From assembly GCA_033442325.1 (NCBI GenBank), contig JAWQFM010000019.1:200398-264397 (forward strand): DNA of 64,000 nucleotides. The letters are read 5' to 3'. Positions 30,319 to 55,826 of this stretch are shown one piece after another. Within the stretch, counting starts at the first letter, position 1. Each line of letters opens with the position of its first letter. The notes beneath the pieces were generated by a model that saw nothing but the letters and a program-made list of their open reading frames with translations, had not been told where the DNA came from and did no database searches. Made by a program: the position numbers and the translations under genes. This stretch comes from Salpingoeca rosetta. Taxonomy: Eukaryota > Protista > Choanoflagellata.

Positions 30319-30962
30319 TGTGTGCTTGCCCGTGTGTGTGCATGAGTCTGCCTGTGTGCATGCCCCTGTGTGAGTGTGCGTGCTTGCCCCTGAGTGCATG
30401 TGTGTGTGTGTGTTCTTTGGTGTTGTGCTTGTTGTGTACTCTTCTTGCGTGCCCGCCGCATGCCAATGCCATTTGCTTCACACGCATTCACAACGTCACG
30501 CTATCGCCACAGGGATCATGCCGCATGAAGACGGCCCCCTCTATGTACCGACCATCGCCACCATCAGTCTCGGTTCCCACACCGTCCTAAACTTCTACGA
30601 CAAACAGCAGCGAAGCGACACGAAGACCGCCAACTACGACGGCAACAATGCAAGCGAGCCCGGTAATGATGACAGCTTGCCGCAGCGCACCGCATCGGAC
30701 CCTGCTCTTGCTGCGGGAGAGGGCGACCACGACGCACACGATACCCCAAACCACACAACAACGCCTATTGCGCGGCTGCTGCTTGAGCGGAACAGTCTGG
30801 TGATCACGCGGGGGCACTTGTACACGGTGCTGCACGGCATTGATGAGGTGGACCACGATGTCATCCCGATGCCACACGCACGTGACGCTGCTGACGCGCC
30901 CCTGGCCATGGACTGCGGGGCCACACACGCTGGCTGTGGCTTTGCAAACCTGCAGCTGGCAG

Positions 30963-30970
<8 letters not shown>
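29396..30970 (+). pseudogene. ALKBH6: ALKBH6-like 2OG-Fe(II) dioxygenase, apparently disrupted (frameshift plus missing C-terminus), or mis-assembled
   Basis: FYIPNFISDED, PKWVHLKNRRLQNWG, ANHVLINEYEPGQ/GIMPHEDGP (HxD), TISLGSH, LLLERNSL, LHGI. A 34-bp duplication lies in exon 2, and no terminal RxSLTxR motif was found. Confidence 0.8.
29839..29906. repeat. Exact 34-bp tandem duplication inside ALKBH6 exon 2
   Basis: gtgcacctgaagaaccggcgacttcagaactggg occurs at 29839 and 29873. Confidence 0.95.
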
Positions 30971-32681
<1,711 letters not shown>

Positions 32682-33133
32682 CCCGATGCAAAGAAACACA
32701 GAGCGCCAATCCAAGATCCAAGACACAGCAGTAGACCGTGTTTGTGGCCCCGTTTTGTTCTCTATAATGATGAGATGACCCCTGTGTCGTTGCCGCGGCT
32801 GCTCGTTGCTGTTGCTGCGTTCTAGAAGAACTGCCTTGTTTTGCTTTGTTTTTTGCCTTGCCTTGTTACCACCGCGTTACATTCGCAGCACCCGTTAATT
32901 GCGAGTAAATGAACAGTGAAGGAACCGCCAGCAACAACTCACAGCATGCGCAGACACAATGCAGAATGCCAACGTCGCCTTCGTTGTGTGCAAGAGACAG
33001 AGAGAGAGAGAGAGTGCGTGTGTGTGTGTGTGCGTGTGTGGAGAGAGCGCAAAGGGGCGAGAGGCAGCGCGCAAAGGGGCGACAAAGAGAGAGACAGAGA
33101 GAGGGAGACAGACAGACAGACAGACAGACAGGC

Positions 33134-33170
<37 letters not shown>

Positions 33171-33210
33171 GGCAGACAGACAGACAGAGACACACACCAC
33201 CACCGTGTTC

Positions 33211-33936
33211 TCAGCCGAAGATGTAGAACTGGTACGAGCCCCCAGTCGGGTCGAGCGTCACGTGGTGTCGGTAAATACTCAGCTCCGCCTCCAACGTCGC
33301 ATTTGCAAACGACTGGTTGCTGACGGGGGTACGCAGTGCGTATGTGCGCGTGTGTTTGTGCGCGCGTGTGTTTGTGTGTGTGCGTGTGAACGATAATGAT
33401 GAACAAAACAAACGATTACTATGACTGAGTCTCGTATGCCACACGCAACACCACACAGTAATTTCCACTTGTCTCTTCCTCATCCCATCATCACGCCTAC
33501 CTCTGGTGCACGAGCGACGAGAAGTAGCGCCCCATCCACTGCATCGCTTCAAACGTCTCCATCGTGTGCGAAAACCCTTCATCTACACGATGTGCGTGTG
33601 TATGTGTGTGGGGGGGGGTGGTTGAAAGATTACTAGGAGCCGCAACAAACAACAATAGCAACAGCGGCACCAACGCTCACGGCGACAGCCAGCATACACA
33701 CACACACATACACAAAGAGTGCAGTGCAATGTACTGTGGTGATGGCAGTCACGTACGCAGGCGCCATTCGAACTGCGGTCGCTCTGGATGCCACTGCTCA
33801 CGTGCACAGATGCAGCAGCAGCACATGACGTGGAACGAGGCAGACGTTATTGTGTGACCATTCAGACATCGCACACCAACTGTAGGGGGAAGGAGAGTGC
33901 GTGCAAGCACACAAACACACAGACACACGCACGTAC

Positions 33937-33967
<31 letters not shown>

Positions 33968-34996
33968 CGCACACACACACACACGCACACACACACACAC
34001 CTGCGTGGCGGTGATGGGGTAGTTGCGGGCCTCGAGGGTGCTGCCAAACGGGTTTCCTTTGCGGTCGACGCTGGTGGAGATGAGGCGGTAAAATGCCTTT
34101 AGGCGCCCATTTGTCGCATATGTCTCTGTGTATGACGGCAGCGTATGACACGTACACCACGTGCAACACGTGCAACACAAACAATATCACCCCACAAGCA
34201 ACATCACAGCCAAGCAGAAATTCAGTGAATGCTTAATCGTGAAGCACGCTGAGATTCCGAATGTGTCCATGCTTTCCTGTTGCCTGCAAGCACACTCGCC
34301 CACCTGGCTTGACACCGTCGTGGTGGAGATTGCTGGTGACGTTGCGCTGCAAAATGGAGTGGATGTGTGATGGCATGGCCTGCACCAGCCGCGAATCTGC
34401 AGCCTCGCTCGAGAACAGCAGCGGCAGCGAAATGTCCTGCATGACACATGCGAAGTAGCAGGTGTGGCAAACAAAATTGCGGGTGTCGGGTGTGTGCGTG
34501 TGAAAGGTTGGGGGGGGGGGCAAAGAGGCATGATTGTGAGCTTCATGGCCTGGAGGCACACGTATCGTTGTGCGGTCAATGCAGCTGCACATCACCTGTA
34601 AAGAAGCACTCATAGAGACAAGCCGACACTGAGACGCACGCACAGAAACACACGTACACACACACACCTCGCTGTCAAAGGCGTGGTGCTCCAGGACAGA
34701 CTGGTTGTTTGCTGCGAGGATGGTGAGCAGTTGGAATCCCATGCAGGTCCTGCGGCATACATGCGTGTGGTGAGATGTCACGCAGGAACGCAAAGCATAA
34801 CAAACGCAGGACACGATACAACTCTACACAGAGGTGTGTAAATCACGTGATGTAACAGATCCTGGTGTGTGTGTGCGATTGTGTGCGCCATTGTGTGTGT
34901 GTGTGTGCGCGCGCGCGTGTGTGTGCGTGCGTGTGCGTGCGTGCGTGTGTGTGCGTGCGTGTGCGTGTGTATGTGGCGCGTCTCTCGCTTCGTGTT

Positions 34997-35055
<59 letters not shown>

Positions 35056-35847
35056 CACCGACCAAAGACAGCGACGTACCCCCAGAGAGGAAGGAAGGTG
35101 CCCTGGTCATTAATGTCCAGGACTTGTTTGAAGATACGGTTGGCAGCTTCGTAGTAGGGCGTGTTGGGCTTCAGAGATTCACCGCCGCCAGTAAACAGCA
35201 CGCCATTGACACCACGGATGGCCTCCGCCATCACATCAGGATCGAGATCGTATCGCAGCACGGCCACGCGCACCCCAGACGATTCTGTATTCAGCAGCGG
35301 GGTTTGAGAACGTGGGTGACTGTTGGTAATCAGTGTTGGACACGTCTGCTCACCCACCCACACACACACACACACACACAAGTGCGTGCGAGTGTGTGTT
35401 TGTTGTGTACACCAGTTTGTGCTTGTGTGGGCTTGTGTTTGCTTGTTTGTGTGACTTTGGGACGAAAAAACGTGAGGCGTTGGATCAGGTGACACAGGTG
35501 AGCAGCAGGGTTTCATGAGGTAGTGTGCACGACGGACCAAGCCACTTGACGTAGAAGGCAGCGAAGCAGCTCGTCGCGCTACCATCCACCATGCGTGCAT
35601 ATGTGCCACACTCTGCTTCAGACTGAGAAGCAGGGAAGAAGGAAGGCAGTGAGTGTGATTGTCACATCGTCAGCTCACCACCAAGTGAACAGCGTGAGCA
35701 GAGTGAGCAGAGTGAGCAGAGTGAGCAGAGTGAGCAGAGTGAGCAGAGTGAGCAGAGTGAGCAGCGTGAGCAGAGTGAGCAGAGTGAGCAGTGTGAGCAG
35801 AGTGAGCAGTGTGAACTTCAACGCACACACACACACACACACACAAG

Positions 35848-35878
<31 letters not shown>

Positions 35879-36034
35879 ACAAGCACACAAGCACACAAGC
35901 ACACACAAGCACAGACAAGTGCTTCCGGAGGTGGGCACGGTCAGGACGCCGACCACGGGCCTGCTTGCCGAGTTGGCTGCCACAACCGTGGCACAAGCCA
36001 CCACCACCACCACCACAGCCAAGCACAACTTCAT
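33211..36034 (-). CDS. GGH: Gamma-glutamyl hydrolase (peptidase C26), secreted/lysosomal, multi-exon
   Basis: Signal peptide plus [40 protein letters not shown] (catalytic Cys), YPITATQ/WHPER (His-Pro-Glu). Ends YQFYIFG*. Confidence 0.96.
35693..35812. repeat. 9-bp minisatellite (GTGAGCAGA)n in GGH intron 1
   Basis: About 13 near-perfect copies. Confidence 0.95.
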
Positions 36035-36321
36035 TGTTGTTGTTGGTTTGGCTTGAAAATCTACAACGATACCTGCACAATTTCTACAACGGCGCGCTGA
36101 GGAAGGACCACAATCCCACCACACACTGCACGACCACCCACCTTGCATGGTGTTGCTGCTCACTCACACCACAACAACAGCAACAACAGCAACAACAGCA
36201 ACAACAAGCGGTTTCCCTTTTCCTTGTCTCGTGGTGTACGCATTTCACCCGATTCAACCCCACTGTGTTTGTTACTCACCAACGCAAGTGTCCATTGTGT
36301 GATTCGCTGTTGTTGAGCGCT

Positions 36322-37497
36322 ATGAGCAGCGCGGTGGCGTTCGCCGCTGTGCGCGGGCGATTGTGTCGCTGCGCCTGCTGGCGTGGCAGCCGATTCGCCT
36401 CCGCAGCGCGTGATTCTGGCCGCCTTGTCGCCACGCAGGCAAGGCAGCAAGCAGCGCCAAAGCAGAGGTGGTCCCGCTTCGCCTCATCCTCTTCATCGTC
36501 GTCATCCTCGACGGCTTCATCGTCCGCAACCACGGGGCCGGGTGCTGTTCCGCCGCCTCCACCGCGAACCGGCAACTTCTTCATGGACATCCTGCACGAG
36601 ATTCTCTTCTATAGCCCGGTATCTGCAATGGTTGGTTTCACCATTGGCGGCCTCGGCGCTACCTTTTTCGGAGCCCTCTACTTCCTCCACAAAACCGAAT
36701 ACCTGGACGTGGTAGGCACTTGCAAATGTTTGCTTGTGTGTGTATGTGTATGTTTGCTTTTGTGTGTATGTTTGCTTGTGTGTATGTGCGTGCGTGCGTG
36801 CGTTTGGTGTGCCTGTGTACGTGTGTCTGTTGTGTTGTGTTTGGTGCGTCTGTGTGTATGGTCCGCTTGTGTTTGCGGTTTGCAATGTATGTGCGGTCAC
36901 AATGCATTTGCAACTGGTTTTACTCACCTTCTCACATGGTTGTGCATCGCGTTGGGTGTTGGTTGCCACATCTCAACACCACCAACTCCCATTCCGTCCT
37001 CCCCAAACACGTGCTGTGTGTGCTGTCACTACAAGGGGCGGCTGCTGCAAGGCGCGGATCGGATTGAGTTCCGGGTGCGCCGGGCACACGAGCGAGACGC
37101 CAGTCCCGACGGCGATGGTGCGTCCGATGACGCATGCTGCGATGTGGATGCGGAGGTGATTGCCATCAAGGAGCCTGCCAGCGGTGAAGATGGCGATGTT
37201 GCTGGTAGTGGGGCAGGTGCAACAAAGTCATCAACGGCCACGACGACGAAGAAGGCGGCCGGACTGCCTTCCCTCTTTGACGTCCCACTGCCCCTGATCA
37301 CGCTTGGTGGCTGGTGCATTGCGTTTGTGGCCACAGCCGCCGTCGCGTACACGCGCGCACGCCTTCGTCTCCAATTCAGGTGTGCTTTTGTGTGTGTGTG
37401 TGTGTATGTGTGTGTGCGTGTATGCGTGTATGTGTGTGTGCGTGTATGTGTGTGTATGTGTGTGTATGTGTGTGCGTGTATGTGTGTGTATGTATGT

Positions 37498-37536
<39 letters not shown>

Positions 37537-38012
37537 TGTGTGTGGTAGCCTTGATATACTCGTGTTTGCGATGGTTTTGCTTCTGTACCTACGCTAACGC
37601 ACCAACGCGCACTTGCACAACCCCCATCCATCCATCCATCCATCCATCCATCCTTCCTTCCTTCCTTCCTTCATTGCTTTTGCGCAGGGAGTTTGTGCGT
37701 CAAGTCAACTTCAGCCTGACATCTGTGGACAAGAACAACGTGCTGCGTCTCAGAACCATCAAGGAGTGCACCCTCAACGAGATTCTTCCCGACAACCCAG
37801 GTGGGGGGGGGGGAATGGAATCTATGCAACGACAAACACATTCGCAAAGACATTCGCAAAGACATTCGCAAAGACATTCGCAAAGACATTCGCAAAGACA
37901 TTCGCAAAGACATTGCTCTCTGTTCACATCAACTCGTTGATCATGTGCGAAGAGCCAGATGGTTTGCCTAGCACCCCCCTCCTCGTGTTTGCACTCATCA
38001 CGCACGTTCATC

Positions 38013-38069
<57 letters not shown>

Positions 38070-38309
38070 CTGTATTACTAGCCGGCGTGAACATGGTTGT
38101 GAATGGTGCGCGTGGCGTGCAGCGAGACAATCCCTTTATCGCCCTTCCCGCTTCTCAATATGATCTCATCATGAACCAGGTATGAAACGATGCACAGGTG
38201 TGATTGCTATCATGTGTGGATTGCAATCAAGCTGGCAGTGGCGTAACAGCGCTTTCGGTGTTTATCACCAGTTCAATACTTGTGTCATGTGCTCATGTCA
38301 CGCGGTCCC

Positions 38310-38357
<48 letters not shown>

Positions 38358-38443
38358 CACATTCGTTCGCATAGATCCTCAACGCCATCTCTCCGTTGTT
38401 TGCACATGGATTCCTTGCAGAGGATCAGTGAGTGTCGCGATGG

Positions 38444-38508
<65 letters not shown>

Positions 38509-38776
38509 ATACATATTTGTGCTTGCGTTGAGGTACATTTTGCGTGAGCGTGTGTTGGGGGACAAGTGTGCACATGTGTCTGCGGATGAATGGCTTGACG
38601 TTGACGTGTGACCATTCCACCATGCACCGCGCGTGCAGGGGCTTGCCTGTGACCCATGACTGGTATTACTTTGGCATCACCTTCCGCAAGGAGACCATCA
38701 AAGTACGCTTTTCGTTTGAATGGCATTGTGTCTGTGCGTCCGTGAACGCGTAAAGGCTTGCTGCTCCCACCATCAA

Positions 38777-38840
<64 letters not shown>

Positions 38841-39303
38841 ATAATATACACATAGATGCGCAAGCTGCGCGTGGTGCTGGCGAAGGAATCCCTGTTGAAG
38901 CGGCTGGCTGAGGATCCATCCTATGTGCCGCACTTTGAGTCGCCAGAACACCACGTGCGCCTCGACACCCTTCGCCTCATGACCAAGATGTACCTTGAAC
39001 GTAAGCGGTGCCTGCGACTCTTTCCACTGCTGCCCTTGCGACGCACTTTGAGCAATATGCATGACATGCTTTACACACAAAACGCATACGCACACCCATC
39101 AACACTCGTGCATGCACACACACACACGCACGCACACACACACACACACACACACAACCACATACACAGAGGACCCCAACGGTCCTGCCGTGTACAAGAA
39201 CCCAACGGACAACGGCGAGGTCATGCGTCTGTGCAAGCTGAAGATTGCCCTTCCCGTCTGCTCCTCGTCCTCCCCACCAACCTCGTCCACCCCCACACCT
39301 TAG
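36322..39303 (+). CDS. Uncharacterised protein with mitochondrial-type presequence, two TM segments and a conserved-looking soluble C-terminal domain (8 exons)
   Basis: Arg/Ser/Ala-rich N-terminus and hydrophobic segments [21 protein letters not shown] and [19 protein letters not shown]. Exons: [66 protein letters not shown], ...STPTP*. Confidence 0.8.
37838..37913. repeat. 12-bp minisatellite (ACATTCGCAAAG)n, intronic
   Basis: About 6 copies. Confidence 0.9.
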
Positions 39304-39605
39304 TCCCCTTCTTCCGTTCTTCCTTCGTCGTCATCACCATCATGTCACAACACACGACACGCTCCTCTCCCTGCTCCTCTCCCCTTCCCTCCTTCGCACT
39401 TCGCATCCTTGCTCCTCTTCCCCTTCCTCTGCTCGCTTCTTGGCTCCAAACCAAAACAAACCAGCCTCAGTGCGCACTTGATCAGGAGGAAAATGTGTGC
39501 AAAGCGTATATCAATTTTTGTCTATCCACCGGTGACACCAAACGTCGACACAAAAAACAACAACGACAGCACGAGCCAACAACACGAACGAAGCAAGCAA
39601 CAAGC

Positions 39606-40998
39606 ATGGCCAGCCCGCTGACAGCGCTGGCGCACGGCATGGACATGGAGGAGGAAGGAGGGGAGGACGAGGAGGACGAGGCACCAGGCACTCATGTTGA
39701 CCAAGTCGCAAGAGAAGCAGAAGTAGAAGCAGCAGAAGCAACCCAGAGAAGAGGAGAAGGAGGAGGAGGAAGAAGAAGAAGCAGCAGCAGCGGTGGTGAT
39801 TCCCAGAACGACCGCTCAGCACATGTGGCGGCGGACACCCAATCCCAGAACGACGACGACGACAACGCCAACGCCAACAGCATGCAACAGCCGCAAGAAC
39901 TGCCGCCTGTGCTTCTGCCCAGCGAAGCCAGCACAGTCGCTGGCGCAGAGGGCGGCGAGGAAAGCATGGTGGTGAACAACTTCTTTGGGGATGACTTGCG
40001 CTTGCTTCGGGATGGGGTCCAGGGTGGCAGCATCAGCAGCAGCAGAGACGCAGGCGACATGGCCGACTGGACAGACATGTGGCTCTCCGATACGATGGGC
40101 CTCCACCACGATGACCTGGTTCACGATGTCAGCTTTGCCACGGCGTTGCCGCCGCGCCAGCCACGCTCGAGGCTAGGCAGCAGGAGCCTTGACCAAGGCT
40201 CCCCACATCACCAGCAACAGCAAGGACGTCGCCACCGCGTGTCCTCAGACCCGTCCTTCTTAAGCCTCATGCGGACAATCATTCACGAACACGGCGCTCG
40301 CGGTGATCACGATGACGACAGTTCACAACACCCGGTGGATGCCACAGTCGCCACGGCAGGTGGTGCCCTCGGATCGTTCGCCCTGTCTGAAGCAGTGCGC
40401 AGCCTTGACCGTGCGACGCCAGCACGAGCACGGCGCAGTGCGACCCCAGTTCGCGACCAGCACACCCCTTCTCGACCCCGCCCTGCCCGCCACCACACCC
40501 CCGACACCACCGACGCCAACGAGGCCGGCAGCCACGACGGGGATGAGGGCGGGGATGATGGTGGCGACGTGTTTGCTTCGACCGACAGTACAGCTACACC
40601 CCGTTCCATTCGCTGGTGTCAACGGGGACAGATGCGCGAGCGGCAGCGGCTGCAACGGCGACGACCACGACAACGGCAACGACAACAACGGGGCCGGCTC
40701 CACTCGCAAAGCACACCGCGGCGTCCCCTCCCGGGCCTTGAGGTGGACAGCGACAGCGGCGGCGACGCGACGGGCGCCCCCTTACAGCAGCAGCAGCAGC
40801 AGCAGCAGCAGCATCAGCAGCAGCAAGAACAAGAAGGTGGCACAAGGGGACGAAAGCAGAGCAGTGGCAGCTCTGTGTTTGACTCGCCCTCCCTGGGCAG
40901 GTTTCCAGTTGCTGATGGTGATGCATCCATGCTTCTGCCGCCACCATTCTGGACTATCCAGCCACAGCTGGATGTTCTGACCCCACAACGTATATGCG

Positions 40999-41092
<94 letters not shown>

Positions 41093-42139
41093 AGGGGTGT
41101 CGGTGTCGGTGTCAGTGTCAGTGTCGGTGTGTGTGTGCGTATGTGTGTGTGTTGGGTGGTTGCTTGGTGCCATTGGTTATCCTGTTCATCTGCTCATGTC
41201 GCAAGTCGCAACTCACTCTCTGCACTGCCACACTCGCAACACCCACACCAGCTGCTTCCCTGTCCGGTCGTGGTCGCAATCGCCACAGCAGCAGCAGCAG
41301 CAGCAACCGCTTACCGTCAGCACCTTCCACGCCACCAACGCTCCTGCCTTCGTTCGCAACATTCACATCCACACCACCGCCCTTCCTGGCTGATGCTGAT
41401 GGGATTGTGCACGATAATGCAGGGCGTGCAGCCAACACGCAAGCGCCCAATGGTGCTGCTGTTGACGACAGCAGCAGCGCTCTTCGCGGTGCACTGCAGG
41501 CCCAATCGTCAGCTGCCGACCACCACCACGCCCACTTCCAGCGTGATGTAACCTCGCTCATCCTATCACGCATTGGTGCATTGTCACCACCACCACCACC
41601 ACTACCACCACCCCAGCAGCGGCATCAACAACAGCAACAGCAGCGACCTGAGGCCGGTCATCCTGTCACAGCGGCTTCCTCACTCTCCACACAGCTGCAC
41701 AACAGCGCACACAGCAGCCAACACGCCCCTGGCAATACCCGCACACGCTCCCAAAACCGCAAGCGACGCAGTGGCCGCAGCAGTGGCAGCCGAGCTGGGC
41801 GCGACATCAGCAACAACAACAACCACACCACCACCACGCGTGATGGTGTGAGTGATGATGATGTTGTGAGGCTTGATGGCGATGGTGGCGATGGTGATGA
41901 CGTACAAGAAGCACAGCCACGCAAGCGCGCACTCACACTCTCTGCGCAGTTGAAAGCACGCCTTAGTGGCCAACGCGAGCAGCAACAGCAGCAGCAGGGG
42001 TTGGCAGGCCGCAAACGGCCACTAGCACAACAGCACGGTAGCACTGGCGGTGACGGCGACTGTGTGCAGCCCGACGCTGGGTCTGCGTCTGCAGGTGTTC
42101 CGCGCCCACCCACCTTGCCACACAACACTCAACAACAGC

Positions 42140-42215
<76 letters not shown>

Positions 42216-44072
42216 CGACTCGGAGGTGCGTATGCGGCTGCCAACCTTGTGGTGGTCATCGTCGTCCTCCATGCCACAGGCGCTGCAGCGGAGGAAGCTG
42301 TCATCTAGTGGCTCCGACAGCAGGTGGTCGCCATTCTCCTTCGCCGTCTGCACAGACTCGTCATCATCCGCGCTCGCTGCGCTCCTTCATCCATCCCTGT
42401 CCGATTTGTCTGCACTGCCACCGTCACTCGCAGACGCGCCCGTTGGTCGTGGTGCTCGCGATGATGATGATGCGGGTGATGATGACGCCGGCGATGAGGA
42501 AGGTGATGGTGGTCGACGTCGTCGTGGCCGTGGCTGTGATAGTGACGATGGTGTGGATGCTGCTGATGATGATGGTGATGTATTTCTTGTCCCCTCGGAG
42601 AATGCGCTCGATGCGCTTGTCGACTTGGGTGCCGCTGATGACGATGACGATGGTGATGATGGGGATGATGATGATGGTGGTGGTGATGGTGATGCAACCA
42701 TGAAGCATGCTGATCGCGCAGTTGCTGACGCGCAAGGGAGCGCACGAGGCACCGCCACGCGTGCTGCCGATGCACGCGTAGACAACCGCAAGTGCCCGAG
42801 CAACGCGCACATTCTGGTGGACAAGAACCAACGATCAGGTGCCATGCGACAGCAACAACAACAGCAGCAAGACCAACAGCACCAACAACAACCGCAGCAA
42901 CAAAGGATTCGGCCGCGACGCGCAGGCAAGGGGCGCAAGAAGCAAGGACAGCACGATGAACGCGTAACCAACAAGGCGGATGCATCCCGAGGAGAACCTG
43001 TGCCAGCATCGGCTGGTGCTGCGGCCAAGGAAGGCTCGCACATGCTTGTGGGCCGTGTGTATGACCAACACTCACACGGTCCCCGCCAGCACGGCCACCA
43101 ACCACCTGCACCGTCACAGCAGCTACTCTTGCATCAGCTGCACATGCAACACAACCACCGACTCTCCGTCATGCTGCCGCTCACACCCGTACCCATGATG
43201 ACAACAGCAGCCGGCGATGGCACCACGGCCACGGTCAACAGCGTTGCCGCCACAACGTCAGCATCCACCACCACAACGACGGCAGCTGGTGCAAGCAGCG
43301 TGTATGCCCCAGCCGTGGCTGCTGCACCGAATGTAACTGCACCATCAGCCAACATGCAGGGCACAGGCACTGCAGCAACACCATCGCTGGAGCACCCGCT
43401 TCCTCCACCTGTTCCTGTTGTGCCACCTGCTGCCGCGCATGCATCGCCACACCCACGAACCGATCCCACGGCAGCAACGACAACGAGACCAGCCACGTCA
43501 GCGCCTGTGTCCACGTCGCCTCGCTCCAGGGAACCAGCCCGCACATCGCCGGGGGCGGCAAAGCCTCCGGCTCCAAAGGCAAGGCGCTCGTCGAAGAAGT
43601 TTGTGTGCACGCGTGAGGGATGTGGGATGGAGTTTGTGAGCCGAAACAGCCTGCGCTATCACGAGATGGGCCACACGGGTGAGACGCCGTTTGCCTGCAA
43701 GCAATGTGCGCGGGCGTTTCGGGACAAGGCGAGCCTGAAACGCCACGAGATGACGCATGCTGGTGTCAGGCCGTTTGCATGCCCGGAGCCAGGGTGCAAC
43801 AAGGCGTTTGGGCGGAAGGAGCACCTGCGTCGCCACGCCAAGATACACAAACCACGCCCCTACGCATGCCCGTTTGCTGGAACCTGCACGTGCACCTTCA
43901 CCACCTTTGGCGCGTACGAGAAGCACGTGAAGCGACACATGCGCGATGCGAAGGAAGAGACGCTCCGCTGTGTGTGCGAGTACGACGGGTGCGAGCTGAT
44001 ATTCCCGACCCAGCAGGCCCTCAACACGCACCACTCGCACCATGCCATTGCTCAGGGCATCTTGCAGCCCCC

Positions 44073-44165
<93 letters not shown>

Positions 44166-44703
44166 CAGCCATGAACGCTCCTATGAACCGAGTACCACAA
44201 CAGCAAGCGTGACGTCCACAGCTGGATTGGGCGATGGATTTGGCGGAGGTAGTCTGTTTGCCCTCACCTCCCCTCCTGCCCCGCCCTTGTCCGAACAGCA
44301 AGTTGACACCACCCAACCGTGGCTCCCGCCACCCGCAACACCAGCGCTGTCTGCACCTGAGCAATCGTTTGCACTGACGCCGCCGCTACCAATGTCTATC
44401 TTGGGCACCGAAGCGCCCCCTGTAGTGGGTGATTCATTTGTGCACGCGAGCGATGGCGAACATATTGGCACGGTGGTCACGAGCACAGGACCCCTGACAG
44501 CGACAATTGCAACGCACTCAAGCGCCGCCTCTGACGCCTCCTCATCCTCTTCGTCGTCATCTTCAGCACACTCATCTGCGTCTGGGCCCACGTCCTCCTC
44601 TGCCGCCACAACACAACTGCAACCCTCAACCAAGGCAAACGCCACTCTGCGACTCCAACTCCAACAGCAGCAGCAGCAACAACAACGGCAGCAACAGCAG
44701 TAA
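39606..44703 (+). CDS. C2H2 zinc-finger transcription factor (5 fingers, long polyQ/disordered regions), probably one intron at about 40990-41251
   Basis: Fingers at about 43600-44043 with linkers TGETP and AGVRP. Two long ORFs are joined across a (GT)n intron in compatible phase. Confidence 0.88.
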
Positions 44704-44863
44704 CGCCAATAGGCAACAGCGTGCGCCTTACCCAGCAACCTTAACCGAACTACTGGCTCTAGTGAACACTTACCTGCTCTTCTGCCGCACTCAAATTAAA
44801 TCACCACCCGCTGCACGCAGAGATGGAGAGAATCAGGATAAAGAGTTGGGGAAGATGGCGCAT

Positions 44864-44951
<88 letters not shown>

Positions 44952-45505
44952 ACTGTGGTGTCGTGTCACACCCAAACACGTTCGCGCGAGTCAAGGCTGT
45001 TGTTTCGTTGTAATTGTGGGGAGCGTTCACCAGCAACGAAACGAGGGTCAAAGAAAAGGTAGCAAAAGTCTCAGTCACATGTCACAAAAGATGAAAGAAG
45101 AATGCCACGCAAGCAACAAGAGGCAGCAAACCGCATGGCGGGACAGGGGAAGAGTTTCGTAACAGCAAATCGCTTTGGAATCAAGTGCAGCTCAACTACG
45201 TCACGCAATACACAGAAAGGGGAAGACAGAGACACAAGGGGCGTGCAAACACGTACAGGATGACAAACGCACTCTATCCCACACGCATCCACAAAAACTC
45301 AACAAACACACTCAACAAACACATTCACACACTCAACAAACACATTCACACTCAACAAACACATTCACACACTCAACAAACGCATTTACACTCAACAAAC
45401 ACATTCACACGCACATTCACACACACACAAACTTTCACACACGTTCACACCCATGTCATCCGAGTACATAAACATCATGGATTCATGCCATATGCGTGAG
45501 ACACC

Positions 45506-55405
<9,900 letters not shown>

Positions 55406-55826
55406 CCTGGCGCGTGTGCGTGTCCGGTTCATGCGACGACCAGCGTTTTGGAACACGCTGCTGATGATAAAACCCCAGCCAGGACCAACGCCTGTGCTTG
55501 CTCACACTTGTTGGGCTGGAAGACTGTCTTCAGCGCGCAGGTGGGCCTAGTCTTGAATCGGCTGCTGCCTTCACTCTACCACCTTTCTTGCTTTCCTCCG
55601 TCGTCTCAAGCAAGCAACGTCTCACGTGCGAGCATCGGCACCACCCACCCACTGAGCGACTTCGTGGATGTGTGAGGCAAAGAAGTGCAGCAAGCAAGCA
55701 AGCAAGGAGAGGGGAACAATCGCACCAACAACAACAAACAACGAGATGATTGGATTCTACTTTTATGCTGTCTCAAACCGCCAACATGGGCAATAAGGAA
55801 AATTAACGAATATCATCAGCCAATAA

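Noticed and set aside
45292-45445. Imperfect (CTCAACAAACACATTCACA)n array as CRISPR-like or regulatory repeat
   Set aside because: No unique spacers; a degenerate CA-derived minisatellite in a eukaryotic non-coding region.
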